Below, in pieces: positions 26,665 through 40,134 of a DNA stretch of 64,000 bases. A program made the position numbers and the translations under genes. Source of the stretch: Eledone cirrhosa. Its lineage: Eukaryota. The notes beneath the pieces are model-generated. The model worked only from the letters and a program-made list of their open reading frames with translations, was not told the DNA's origin and did not search any database. How positions within the stretch are numbered: the stretch's first letter is position 1; the number at the start of each line of letters is the position of its first letter. The DNA lies in assembly GCA_964016885.1 (NCBI GenBank), contig OZ024743.1, forward strand, positions 356,252,001-356,316,000, written 5' to 3'.

Positions 26665-26859
26665 ATAATTGTTTCTACTTTTGGCACAAGGCCAGCAATT
26701 ATCCTAGTGTATTACTCTGCTGCTTTATTTTTCGACACCGTAAGGATGAAATGCAAAGTTAACCTCGGCGGGATTTGAAATCAGACCATAAAGGTCCGTA
26801 ACTCTTTGCTGCAAAGCATGGCGTCCAACCCTCTACCGATACTGCCAATCCACCGCCCT
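26665..26859 (-). mobile_element. tRNA-derived SINE (main family)
   Basis: family motifs, reverse complement. Confidence 0.8.
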
Positions 26860-26989
26860 ATCAAATTAAATAATAATGATAACGCACACATGAGTCAACC
26901 AAACAAACTATTACATATTTTTATAACTGGTGAAAAGGGCAGGCCTAAAATGCCGCTAATAATTAGGAACATTATAATTAATTAAAGAT

Positions 26990-27235
26990 AATTAAAAATT
27001 GTCACGAATATACATAAAATCTTAACAAAAAGAGATGGTTAAGATATCGTATTCGGAGAGGTAACATATTAATATAATATCTCATACATATCACTGAGGG
27101 GTCGATAAGGTATGGTTCCCTAGGGATATACACACAACGTTAAGTAACTTACACATAAAGAGCCTGACAAATATCTCTGACGACAAAAATACTCTGTGAA
27201 TTGAAAAATAAATAAGTCAGACCACTTCAATAGAT
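26990..27235. repeat. Unclassified ~250-bp dispersed repeat, copy 2
   Basis: direct repeat of 25272-25520. Confidence 0.6.
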
Positions 27236-27485
27236 TACAGAACAGGTCATAAGAAGTGCTAGAAATAGATTTTAAAAAAAACGGGTTACATTGAGACAAC
27301 TCAAATTAAAAAAATTGTAGTGTAGTTATATACTTCATTTAGGTTTAATCGTTGCATATTAAATATATATCGATGTTCTGAACGAATTGATGTATATTTA
27401 GCATATATGAAGTCATGAAGTACTCACCGTAAATAGTGTATATACCCGCATTTGATCTCCCGAGACCTCATATGATACGCCAGTC

Positions 27486-27566
<81 letters not shown>

Positions 27567-27705
27567 ATGTATATATATATACACTAGCATGTTCATGAAT
27601 ATTAACAAACCATAAAGATTTTTCCTATAAAACTGTACATACCTAAAAACATGTACAAATATGTGAGAGAAATTGAGAGAGCAGTAACGGTAAAGAGATT
27701 GATAA

Positions 27706-27788
<83 letters not shown>

Positions 27789-28102
27789 GTTGTATGTATG
27801 TATGCAAAAAGTTTAACGCTTGATGTAGTAGGAAAGGAGATTTATGTTTCAATCAGTAGTCCCTCATCAGAAGATAGAATGAGAAGTAAAATGTGAAATT
27901 GAAAGACAGATATTGAGAAAAATATCTGGAAAGAAAGCATATGTATTCAGTCAGCCATTTTCGGGATACATAGAGGGATTGAGAGATAGATATGTATGAA
28001 TAAAATATTGTCTGTATATAACATATAATACATATATATTATATACATATGTACATACGCATATACAGACACACACATATATATATATATATATATACAT
28101 AT

Positions 28103-28141
<39 letters not shown>

Positions 28142-28151
28142 CATATATATA

Positions 28152-28193
<42 letters not shown>

Positions 28194-28225
28194 TATGTAT
28201 GTATATATATGTATAGTCAGATATG

Positions 28226-30255
28226 TTTCTTTATTAGCCACAGGGGCACAAAAGAAGGGGACAAATACAAAGGGGGAAATTTACATACAATAAAAACGTG
28301 TAAAATATTATCACAAATGCAATTTAAAAATTAGTCGATTTTCCCCAATAGAGGGAGACAGTTCATATGCGTAACACATACCCCCGAAAAAAATGTGCAA
28401 CCTCATCTCCAGGAGTACGTAGAGTTTGTACTCTCTTCCTCTCCTCCTCTTTTTCCTCAACCTACAGGCTGATATTGATATAGAGAGAAGGCCCATTCAC
28501 TAGGGCCATTCTCGCCACTTTTACCCACCTTTCATAAAACTTGCTGGAGTACAGCACCTCTCTCTCCATCCTGATTCTTCTTCCAAAGTGGTATTTGATA
28601 AAAAGAATCAGTTGTTGGCCGGAGAGAAAGGTGTCTGACCTCAGCTCTTTCAACCTTGTCCACCATACAACCTCTTTCGCCATAGCTATCACACAAAGGA
28701 AAACAGCCTCTCCTTTCGTTTTTGAAGGAGGGTGGCGGTTTGATCATGACAATAGACTCGGTGGTCAACCGGATTGGTCCCACCCGCGACAATAGTCGTT
28801 CTACATAGCCCCACAGGTCGGTGACGCCCGGGCAGTGTATGAATGCGTGCGCGACGGTTTCTTCGCCTCGCACGAACCTCGGACAGATCTTTTGTGCAGG
28901 GTCCCTGCCCGGTCGCCCATGTCTGTAGAGCTTGTCTCGAACTTGTAGAGCTCCTCGGTAGCACTGCCAGGCCAGGGACTTTTGGAAGTTGTCCATCGGT
29001 GCCGGGCAGAAGGTCCTACCGAACAGACTGGCCAGTTCGTCCTCCTCTACGCCCAGAGTTTCTCCGAGCACGTCGTCGCACTTGCTGCGGATCAACCCTC
29101 TATAGAATGACGAAGTGGAGTCTCCACTGATCGCCGGGTCCGCCTGCCAGAGGGCTATGAGCGCCTGAGCACATTCGATGTGCCAGTCGCCCATTTTCCT
29201 CGGTCTTTGCTTGACCCAGGACTGCAGCTCGGTCAGCGAGACGAGTCGTGGGAAGGCTCGCCTCACGAACGGGGCCCACACCGGTTGTCCGGTGAGGAAT
29301 ACGTAGAGATGCCGCAGGCAGCCTGAGCGCGTTTGCGCATCGTCAGCCACGGCACCCCCAGCCCTCCGTTGGAAGGGCGTTGGCAGCAGATGGATCTTCT
29401 CACCAAAGGAGCCCGCCTCTTCGAAAGGAATTGGAAGAGCGCGCGCTCCATTTTGGCGAGCGTTTTGGCTTGACAAGGCACGACGGTCAAGCGGTAGTAG
29501 ATGGCGGACGCTATAAAAGTGTTCGTCCCCTCCGCTCGACCTTTCAAGGATAGTTTGCACTCGGCCCACTTCTGGGTGAGTGCAAACACCTTGGCCGACA
29601 CCTTGTTCCAGTTCTTCTCCACCTGGAGGTCCGGACCAAACCAGACCCCGAGCAGCTTCACTGGGCCTTCCGTCCAGAGTCCGACGACGCCATCGGAAGG
29701 CACCGGTTTGCCTCTCCACGTTCCGGTTCAGCTTCGCTCCTGTGAACCTTTCGTGTTCCTTCAGTAAGTGCCGACTTCCTCGATTTGCGAGTGGCTCGAC
29801 ACCATGACTGTTACGTCGTCGGCGTAGGCCGACTCCGCTTTCCGCAGTCCCGGTTCCAGAGGGATGCCCTGCAATAGCTCCAACTTCCGCAGTAGTGGCT
29901 CGAGAGTGAACACGTACAGAAGGGAGGAGAGAAGGCATTCCTGTCGTATGGATCGCGTGATTTGGAACGGCTCAGAGAGGTAGCCGTTCACCTTAACCCT
30001 TGAGCAGATGTTGCTGTTATGCATTGCAGCAATCCAGCCCCTGAACACGAAGATGGGGGCCAGCTGTCTCTCGCTGTGGATCCTGGATTCGTAAATGGCT
30101 ACTACATCCATACTGTGCGACCTGAGGTCGTTTAAGTGTTTGCCCTGTTTCCAGGGCATCCCCAGGCCGCGTACATTCACACATCCAACTCTTATATTGG
30201 CCCTGTTGGTTCTGAAAACTTAAAAGAAGAGAAGAAAACACTCACCTCTTTGTCT
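28226..30255 (-). mobile_element. Tx1-clade LINE copy 3 (subfamily B): APE N-terminus fused by internal deletion to the RT; frameshifted
   Basis: IRVGCVNVRGL..DVVAIYESR followed directly by VFRGWIAAM..YADD; AATAAAGAAA 3' end. Confidence 0.9.
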
Positions 30256-30295
30256 CGATACGTAGACAGATACATAGATAGATAGATAGATATAT

Positions 30296-31399
30296 TTCTT
30301 TATTTACCATAAAGGCATAACAAGAAGGGACAAATACAAAGGGGGAGTTTACATAAAATCGAATAAAAAGGGTGTAACATGAAAATAATCGAAAATAACC
30401 TCAAAAGGGAGGAGACGTGATGGGGGTTGCACACACCCCCGAAAAAGTGTGCAATCCTTTGCCCGGGGAGCACATGGAGAAGGTGCTCCCCTCTCCTTTA
30501 CTTCTTTACCTACAGGATGGTATACAGAGAAGGCCCATTTACACGAGCCATTCTCGCCACTATCACCCACCTTTCATAAAACTGCCTGTGGCCAAGCACC
30601 TCTCTCTCCATTCTTATCCTTCTTCCGAAGTGATATCGGAAGAAGTAGACCAGACTATGGCCAGAGCGGAAGTTGGCTGACCTCAAACCTTTCAATCGTG
30701 TCCACCAAACAACCTCTTTCAACATGGCTATTACGCACAGAAAAACCGCCTTTGCTTCCTTTGTGAAGAGGGGAGGCGGCTTGATTGTTATCACGGACTC
30801 GGCGGTCAATCGAATCGGCGCCACCCGCGACAGCAGTCGTTCGGCGTAGCCCCACAGATCAGCCACGCCCGGACATTGTACCAATGCGTGCGCAACGGTT
30901 TCTTCGTGACGCACGCATCTAGGGCAAATCTTTTTCGAGGAATCCCTGCCCGGGCGCCCGTGTCTGTAGAGCCTCTCTCGAACGGGTAGAGCCCCCCGGT
31001 AGCACTTCCAGGCTAGTGACTTCTGGAAGTTGTCCATTGGTCCCGGGCCGAAAGTCCTACCGAACAGGCTGACCAGTTCGTCCTCTTCCATGTCCAGCGA
31101 CTCTCCAAGGGTGTCATCGCCCCTGCTAGCCACCAGCCCTCTATAGAATGATGAGGTGGATTCTCCACCGATGGCCTGGCCCGCTTGCCAGAAAGCCCTG
31201 AGCGCCTGGGCACACTCAGTGTGCCAGTCTCCCAGTTTTCCGGATCTTTGCTTGACCCAGGACTGCAGCTCGGTGAGCGAGACGAGTTTCGGAAAGGCTC
31301 GTTTCACGAACGGAGCCCACACCGGTTGACCAGTGAGGAATACCTGTAGGTGCCGTAGCCTTAATGCGTGCCTACGCATCATCAACCACGGCATCCCGA
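30296..31399 (-). mobile_element. Tx1-clade LINE copy 4 (subfamily A), 5'-truncated, inside (GATA)n
   Basis: highly similar to 810-1910; (GATA)n at 30275-30292 and 31405-31481. Confidence 0.92.
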
Positions 31400-31423
31400 C
31401 AGTTAGATAGATAGATAGATAGG

Positions 31424-31480
<57 letters not shown>

Positions 31481-31481
31481 G

Positions 31482-31655
31482 ACAAAGGAATTGTGGTAAG
31501 GAACCAGATGGACCATAACGCACCAGAGTACTCAATACTTAGGGTAGTAGAGTGGGAAATAGGAAAAAGTATGACCCCGACGGCAGAGCTCAAGCCGTTT
31601 CCAGAAATAACCGTCGAAACGGCTTGAGCTCTGCCGTCGGGGTCATACGTTTTCC

Positions 31656-31657
<2 letters not shown>
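31482..31657. mobile_element. Short fold-back element, family F, in (GATA)n
   Basis: homologous to 11988-12173, with part of the hairpin centre deleted. Confidence 0.7.
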
Positions 31658-31687
<30 letters not shown>

Positions 31688-32150
31688 AAGGTGGGAAGGT
31701 GAGCAGAATGTGTAAGATTATAAATAAATGTATAATTGAACGTAGCCAAAGTGTTGATGCATGCAATTAAATGTAACAAAATGCACCATTATATCTATGT
31801 GTGCTACGTCTGTGTTGTGTATGTGCGCCTGCCTTTATGTATGCCTAGGTGAGTATATGTGTACACATGTGTATGAGTTAATAGAAATATGACGAGATGA
31901 GAGTAGATTAATGAGGTTTAGCCGTGATGAAATCATTCTGGGAAACGATGAGAAAATAACTTTCTGCTTGCCAAAACTTTCAGCTAAATCATCATCATGG
32001 ACATTATTATCATCATCATCATCATTCTTGACAAATTTTTCAGCAGCCACTACAACACTAGTGGCAGATGTAACCGTAACTACTGAAACAACTTTTCTCA
32101 TTATCTGCTTCATCATCATCTCCGTCGTTATCATTATTTTCATCACTGTT

Positions 32151-32620
32151 AGGGCGGTTGATTGGCAGTATCGGTAGAGGGTCGGACGCCATGCTTTGCA
32201 GCATAGAGTTACGGCCCTTTACGGACTCAGTTCAAATCCCGCCAAGGTTAACTTTGCCTTTCATCCTTACGGGGTCGATAAAATAAAGTACCAGTAATAC
32301 ACTGCGGTAATTGCTGGCCTTGTGCCAAAAGTAGAAACAATTATTGTCAAATTTATCAACAGCCACTACAACACTAGTTACAGATGTACCCGTAACTACT
32401 GAAACAACTTTTCTCATCATCTGCTTCATCATCATCTACGTCGTTATCATTAATTGGCAGTATCGGTAGAGGGTCGGACGCCATGCTTTGCACACAGTTA
32501 CGTCCCTTTACGGACTGAGTTCAAATCCCGCTAAAGTTAACTTTGCCTTTCATCCTTACGGGGTCTATAAAATAAAGTACCAGTAATTGCTAGCCTTGTG
32601 CCATAAGTAGAACCAATTAT
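32151..32620 (+). mobile_element. Two SINEs (32151-32344, 32453-32620) within a duplicated ~120-bp flank
   Basis: family motifs; flank CAGCCACTACAACACTAGT... occurs at ~32044 and ~32360. Confidence 0.8.
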
Positions 32621-32867
32621 TTTCATCACTCGCAAGCTTATCATCTTTACCAAGTTCATCACGATCCTGATCCTGATATTAATCAAGATCATCATCACAC
32701 TAGCCATCATAGTTTAGGATTTAGTGTTGCTTTTGGTGATAGTAATAGTGTTGGTGGTATTGTTGCTAGTGGTAAACATCACTAGCAATTTTCATCTCTT
32801 TCCCTTCATCATCATCATAGTTATCATCATCATCATCATCAAATATTTTAAGTAAAAACTATTTTTC

Positions 32868-33120
<253 letters not shown>

Positions 33121-33209
33121 GCCAGTGTCCTCCCTCCTCTTTATCCCTCTATCTATCTCTCTAACCATCTATCTACCTATCTATCTTACATTCTATGAAC
33201 CCACTACGC

Positions 33210-36200
33210 CAATGGTTTTCAACTTATTTTTGCCAACGGCGCACCTTGATCACATGAAAAAATAGTGGCACACCTGGCTAAATACATAATATATGAATTT
33301 TACAAAATAAAAACATGGCAAGTCATAGACGGATACAACTGTAGATACAGACTAGTCATAGACACATAGAATGACTCAAACTAAATAAAGAAAAAAACAC
33401 AGCTATGAACTTACTTTATTGCAGGGTTTGGAATTTCATCAGTCAAATAGCTAGCTTCTTCAGTGAGAAATTTGTGCCTCGCTTTTATTCATAATTTCCT
33501 CAGTGTTTGGTCGAATATGAGACAGACACACCTTCCTTTCTTCTTCGGTTGTACGTAATCTCTCACGCTTCTTGATGTTGTTTAATGATGAGAAGCCTAA
33601 TTCACATATATAAGAAGTTGAAAATTGTAATAAAATTGCTAAAGCTCTTTTACATAATATGGGATACTCCTCTTGAATTGAAATCCAAAATGGATCAATG
33701 GGTAGAGTCGTATGTTTTAATTTTAACCCTCGGTCACTAGAAAGGGCTGCCAATTATTCTTCTTCCTGTAGTTCAATGCTGGAAGAATTATTTATGAAAG
33801 GATCTCTAATACAATCATACTTTTCTGCCTTTAATGACGGAAAGTAATTGTTGATGCTTTCGTCCAGGGCTATCAGATGAGTAACCACAACAGGGATCAT
33901 TTCTCTAATGCAGGCAGAATGCAATAAAGGGAACATATCAAGATTGCCAGTGATTGCACTTTTTTTCCAAAGCACAATTTTTTTTTTTTTAGGGCAACTA
34001 ACTTGTCTGTTGAAGTGAGAATATTTTCGTTTTTACCTTGCACACTACTGTTTGTTTTATTTAGTTCACTAAATATTTCTGTTAGGTATTCCATTTTAGA
34101 CATCCAAACTTCGCAACCAAGGTATTCACATAATTTCTCCTGCTTTTCCTGGAGAAAAAAATGATAGTAATTCCTTGTGAAGTTCGTGAACACGATTTAG
34201 TACTTTGCCTTTCGACAGCCAGCGAATCTCAGTGTGTATTAATAACTTAACATGCTGAGAGTCCATCTCTTTGCACAGTTGTTCCAATAATCGTGACTTT
34301 AATGGCCTACCTTTTATATAATTGACCATTCCAAAAACTTCATGTAACACAACCTTTAAATCTTCCTGCGATATTTTTGAAACAAGAACTTCTCTATGAA
34401 GAAAGCAATGAGTACGAATGAGATTTGGATTTTCTTTTTCTACGAAGGATACAAATCCTTTAATACAGCCTGTCATACATGGGGCTCCATTGGTGCAAAT
34501 GCCAACACAGGACTTCCAAGACAAATTTATTTCTTTGGGGTAGCCTGTTACCAAATCAAAAATGTAGTTGTGGACATTTCTTTACAGCCCAAAAATTGAT
34601 TGATTATTTCATTCTCGCCAATAAAACGTACAAATGCAAGCAATTGACTTTTATTACTGGTGTCAGTGGATTCATCCACGGATAAAGCAAGATTAGAATT
34701 CTTAAGCTTTTTCTGAACATTGTCTTCAATATTTTTCGATGTATCTAGAGTTCTTCTACGTATTGTATCATTTCAAAGCGGGATATTGTGCAATTCCTTC
34801 TCAGCATTTTCACCAGACATGTATTTGACCATCTTTTTGCAATCTGGGAGGGTGACTGACTCAGCAACCGTGTGGGATTTAGATTTTAATGCTATTATTT
34901 CAGCCACCTGAATTGACGCTAGTTGGGCTCGTTCAGACACAGTCATTATTTTTTCAAAATAACTTCGCTGTTTTGATTTCTGTTCTAACAGTCTTTGAAA
35001 GTAATCGAGCTTTTTATCTTTCAGAGATGAATGTTTTGAATTAAAATGTATTTCTAACTTACTTGGTACCATGGATTCATTTGACATTGTTTCACCGTAC
35101 ACTTCGCATGATGGACTTGGTTTGTCAATGTCACCAGACAAATAAAATCCAAATTTCAAATAATTTTCACAATATTGTCGATTAATGTTTCTCTTTTTGA
35201 CAATAGAGGTTGATGGTTGTTCGCCTCTGGACTTAGACTCGTCACTAATATCTTTCCTTTTCAAATATTTATCCATTATGTAGGGTCATAAAATATCAAT
35301 ATGACAGTTTTGGGTGCGATTGTCTATATTGAGATGACAGTGTCTTTCGGTCCCACAACACCTTCTCTTTCGTGTACAAACACAACAAAACAATAAAAAT
35401 ATGTCTTCCTACCTAAAATTGATGTTTTATGAGACCATTTCTAGCTGGAAATCATCAATTTTCGATGTATTACGCACACAAATAGTCAATGTTTGAGCAC
35501 TGACAAAACATCGTAAATCCGCCAGTTTTGCTATGTTCCACACACCAGTAGACAGCTACAGACCTCTACTATACCCTCATTAGCATAAGATGATGAAACA
35601 CTGGAACTCTGCAGTGTAAAAAGCCAGAAAATCGACCCATATTGAACAAGCAAATGCACATCGAGCCTCCTTTTCGGCTACACTCGGCAAATGGCATCCG
35701 CTAATTGGTCCAGCACATCACGTGACCACGCCTTCCCCCATCACAATGTAAACATGGCGACCAAACTCACTCTTCCGGTGGGATAATCCACCAGAAAATT
35801 AGGAAATTATGCCATATAGAATGAAGCAAGACAAAATGTATGTAAAGGGAAGCCAACATGGACTCATTAAGTAGCATGAACCAGAGAATTCTGAGCTAAA
35901 TCATCGGAATCATCCATAGATTGTTCCGAAACAGAGGTAGAAGCTGAAATTTGTGTTTCTAATCTTTACAGGCAATTTTCTCAAAATGGGAACTTCTCAA
36001 AATTTCAAAGCTCTTTCCAGAAAATCTACTCGATAGATTTGCTTGAAATTTTGAGGAGACTTTCCTTATAATAGTAGCTTCATTGTGACAGGAGAGCCTT
36101 TTTTAAAATTCTGTCTTGAAAAAATGTTATAGTCACTTTTATCCCCAAAAATGTGATTTTTCTTCAGTTTTTTTACTGTCCAGCACTCTAATGACGATCA

Positions 36201-36747
36201 TTTTTTTTTTTGCAAAATATCAAAAAAAGGCTTCTGTTCCCATACAATGACTGGTTTTCTGATTCTAAAAATGTAAAAATCATCTTCATAGCTTATTTGG
36301 ATTTTCTCAAAAGAACTCTGAAATTACGCTATTTTTCAACCATTTTTGGTCATATCTCAGCACAAATTAGGACTAGATGAAAAAGAAATATATCATTTGT
36401 CTCAGTTTTAGAGGTAGATTCTACCATAAAAGTGAAAAAAAGATGCATGATATAATAATTTTTTTTTCTTCCGGCCCACCTTTAGACCAATATCCATTCA
36501 TATGATCAATACTATTGACGAACGAAACAATAAAAGATTTAGAATTTCTAGCATTGCGACATTTGGAAACATTTCACTCATCCCTAAATGAACAAAGCTA
36601 TGTGGTGCAAAATGTTACACCACTGACAGAATACTCAATAGGGATCACGTGGTTTTTTGCATTTTCTTAATTTCAAAATTTCGCGGCACACTTAGAAAGA
36701 TCTTGCGTCACAACTGTGTGCCACGGCACACTGGTTGAGAATCACTG
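33210..36747 (-). mobile_element. hAT (Charlie/Buster group) DNA transposon, full-length fossil
   Basis: TIRs CAATGGTTTTCAAC / GTTGAGAATCACTG; decayed 8-bp TSD CACTACGC / CACTTCAT; internal transposase. Confidence 0.85.
33460..35276 (-). pseudogene. hAT transposase (ZBED5/ZBED8-like), frameshifted
   Basis: YLKFGF..SNESMVPSKL..H, VGICTNGAPCM, THCFLHRE, HTEIRWLSKGKVL, FSTSYICELGFS. Confidence 0.9.
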
Positions 36748-37249
36748 CACTTCATGAAGGGGTAAGAAAAGATTGTACACATAACCAATCCAACAATCTT
36801 TTAAATATCTCTATATAGACACCATGAGTGAATGGTCTCATGTATTTTTGGAAAACACTATATTTTGATGGCAACACAATCTAGAATTTTTTATTTCGCG
36901 ATATACCGCCATTTTATTTCATTATTATTAATTGATGTAAATATTTAGGTCGTTTAATTAAACCTAAGAAACATAAAATTCTGTATCTAGGAGCTGAAAC
37001 CAATTCTCTAGTTTATCTACCGTAGATTGTGTGGTACAGCATATTCCTTTATATGCTTATATATTAACTTATGCATTGAAATTATGGACCCCAAAAGCAC
37101 CTTATATTTAGGCCTATATTTTCGGTGTATTTTAATTGTCGTTTCTAAAAGTGGCATCAGGTTTTCCCCATCAAGACTATTTAATTACGGATCTGCTTGC
37201 TTTGATACAAAAATAATAATATTAAAGTTATTATTATATCGCATGCTCT

Positions 37250-38362
37250 TCAAATAACCGCATATTACTAAAACTATTTATCACAGAACAAAAACTAAAA
37301 GTAATCGTATTAATCAAAGAAGGTATCTGCTTTGGCTGCTTGAGCAGTAAATTCTTCGGATTGAACTCAGAAGATTTAATGCAACTGTGATTTTTATGGT
37401 TTCCATATAAAAGATTCACGGTTCATATAGTTGATGGATAACGTTGAGTCCTGTGCATGGTCTTCATTTCCAATTTTTAAAATCTTTCTTGGCATCCATA
37501 ATGCAGACAACTACATTGCACTAGTAGAGGGAATGCTCCAAAAGACTGGTTGTAACATTAGCATCAATGTCCTTCAACACTACAGTTATTTAAATCGCTT
37601 TCCAGGAATGTTTGGGGATTTAAACGAAGAACGAGGAGATATATTGAAGCAATGAAAGAGCCGTACCAATGAAAGTGAAGTATATATATATGATGGCAGA
37701 TTGTTGGTAGAATATCCAGGAAATTTGTTTTGGTACATCATGATCTACAAAGCCCTATAAATGAAACTTCTTGGGTGTTGAATGTCCGTTAATGTTATAT
37801 GGTTGTTTACCTTCGTGATATAATTATTATAGATTCTAATACAGTGTACTTTCGGGTTTCTGCTAACATAATAGGTGAATGTTTTAATATCATATACTTA
37901 TTTCTACTTTTGGCACAAGGCCAGCAATTACCCCAGGGTATTACTGGTACTTTATTTTATCGACCCTGTAAGGATGAAAGGCAAAATTAAGCTTGGCGGG
38001 ATTTGAACTCAGATCATAAAGAGGCGTAACTCTATGCTGCAAAGCATGGCGTCCGGCCCTCTACAGATACTGCCAATTCACCACCCTATCGTATAATAGC
38101 ATTTATATTGTTGTTATTTTGCATCGTAAATGCCTGACTCTTAATTAATCACAGCTGTTAAGGAAATTCTGCTACTTTTGAATCAATGGTTCAAATGAAT
38201 GTAAGGTGCTATACGGATTATTTTCTGTTCCTACATTAGCATATAAAAGAGAATATAGTATCTCCAAAACTAGAAGTGGTGTAGTGAAACGGAATAAGCG
38301 CTCCAAATATACCACCGCATACGTCTAACTTCCAAAACATCTAAAAAAAGGTTTCGTGGTCA
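37250..38362 (+). mobile_element. Chapaev3-like (CMC) transposase fossil with a nested SINE
   Basis: KEGI..AWSSF..FLG..ADNY..GCNISI..HYSYLNRFP..GDLNEERG..MMAD resembles the Chapaev3 C-terminal consensus as recalled. Confidence 0.6.
37897..38087 (-). mobile_element. tRNA-derived SINE (main family)
   Basis: family motifs. Confidence 0.8.
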
Positions 38363-38859
38363 GTATAATTATTTTATTGACTCCAGAATGGTGAAATATG
38401 AAACAGTTGCACGAGGATATAAACTCAACTGATTCTATTGATAATGCTATCTGTATTGCTCACAGGGAACAAACGATTTAATAAAAAATAATTATAAATA
38501 AGCAAGAGAATCTCCAACGTATCTTCTTCGAAAGTGATGTTTAAAGATATGATATTTTATTATTGTTATTGTTACTTGGTCATTGTTTAAAAGAAATTTC
38601 ATTCATCTCAAATATGAGGCCTTCACACTCCGGTAAAAGGTTCAGGAGGATAATATGGTTCATACAACAAATATGGGTAAGAGATTTGTGACCCTCGAAG
38701 GTAATCACTTCCTCATTATTCATACCTATAGAAATATTTTTAGTAGATGATGTGTGAACGTTGGTTACTCCGGCGCTAAATGTATCAAGTCACATATCAT
38801 GAGTGCGCCACTTACAAATAGCTTTCCAAACTGTTCATACAAAATATCTGAAACCCAAT

Positions 38860-39050
38860 CCCTAGACCAGATATGCAACGTGGCATCCACTGTGTACAAA
38901 ATATATCAACCATTTCAAAGTAACTATTGATATATGTATGATTGAGGGAAAATTCAAGCAAAACATTACTATTATACACAAATCTTTCAAATCGTGAACA
39001 AACAGATTACATCTTATGAGATCAAATGGGAAATCTTGGAATGATTCAAA
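38860..39050 (+). pseudogene. Highly decayed Penelope GIY-YIG fragment
   Basis: YICMIEGKFKQ and YEIKWEIL segments parallel YIG..FK.R and Y.LQWEVI of the 23-kb copy. Confidence 0.4.
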
Positions 39051-39985
39051 ACATATTTCAATTTACAATGGTGGCGTTGCACAGCGGATGGATCACATAT
39101 TAAACGTGTTTAAAATTTCCACTTACTGTCTTAGAATGGAGAGCATTTTTTGTGATTCCATCATATAGAAGATCCTATTCATACAGGAATAACACTCAAA
39201 TTCATGTATACTCGACATTCACAATACACTTACATGGAATAATTACACAGTAGATGATAGCCTTTTAAAATACCAAAGACTTATAAAAAATACTTACATA
39301 TGTCGCCATATAGACAACGAAATAAGCATTAATACTATAGTCACCAATACAATACAACAATCTATTGTTACATCCATTCCTACAGCATAAGTCTACGCAT
39401 ACAACAAAGGGTGTCTACAAATGATTAATTACATAAAATACACGGACGTATACATAATCACATGTTACATTTTATAAACCTTTCACCAACTTTGGAGATT
39501 AAAACAAAAACAAGCTTTTCCTCTTTTCTCCTTACGCATTTTACTTTTATTTACCTTCATTTTCGTTTATTTACCTTTATTTACGTTTAATTACCTTTAT
39601 TTACGTTTATTTACGTTTGTTTTCCTTTTCCTTCTCCTATTGCCACTGAATTTCATTGCCAGAAGATTTACCCATCAGGATTGTATAGGCTTCCAAACTG
39701 ACTATTTTTCCTATCCCACAATGCTTCAAGCAAACCTGAACACTCTCTTAAAAACATAAGAATTTATAGACACCACACACGGCAAATATTTTTGATCACT
39801 CGTTCACAATCTATCGAAGGGATGTGACGCAATTAAAAAAATATATTGAATTGCAACCTCTTTTACAATAACTCCGCTACTATCGTATGTTCTCCCATAT
39901 CCTGGTAAACAGAGAGATTTTTGCTCTAAGGTTCCTGATTTACTCTAGTATGTAATACTAGTAGGGAAACATTATCTTTATTATA

Positions 39986-40134
39986 TGCTTTCCAGCATAG
40001 TTACGTCCCTTTACGATCTGAGTTCAAATCCCGCCGAGGTTGACTTTGCCTTTCATCCTTACGGGGTCGATAAAATAAAGTACCAGTAATGCACTGGGTA
40101 ATTGCTGGCCTTGTGCCTAAAGTAGAAACAATTA
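39986..40134 (+). mobile_element. tRNA-derived SINE (main family), 5'-truncated
   Basis: family motifs. Confidence 0.8.

Noticed and set aside
28532-29938. 468-aa ORF as an intact protein
   Set aside because: It drifts in and out of the RT frame through frameshifts; this is a dead Tx1 copy.
30510-31535. 341-aa ORF as a novel fusion gene
   Set aside because: It is a chance in-frame join of a fold-back element tail, (TCTA)n (YLSI repeats) and a truncated Tx1 ORF2.
33460-35276. Domesticated ZBED gene
   Set aside because: Multiple stops and frameshifts, with TIRs and TSD retained.
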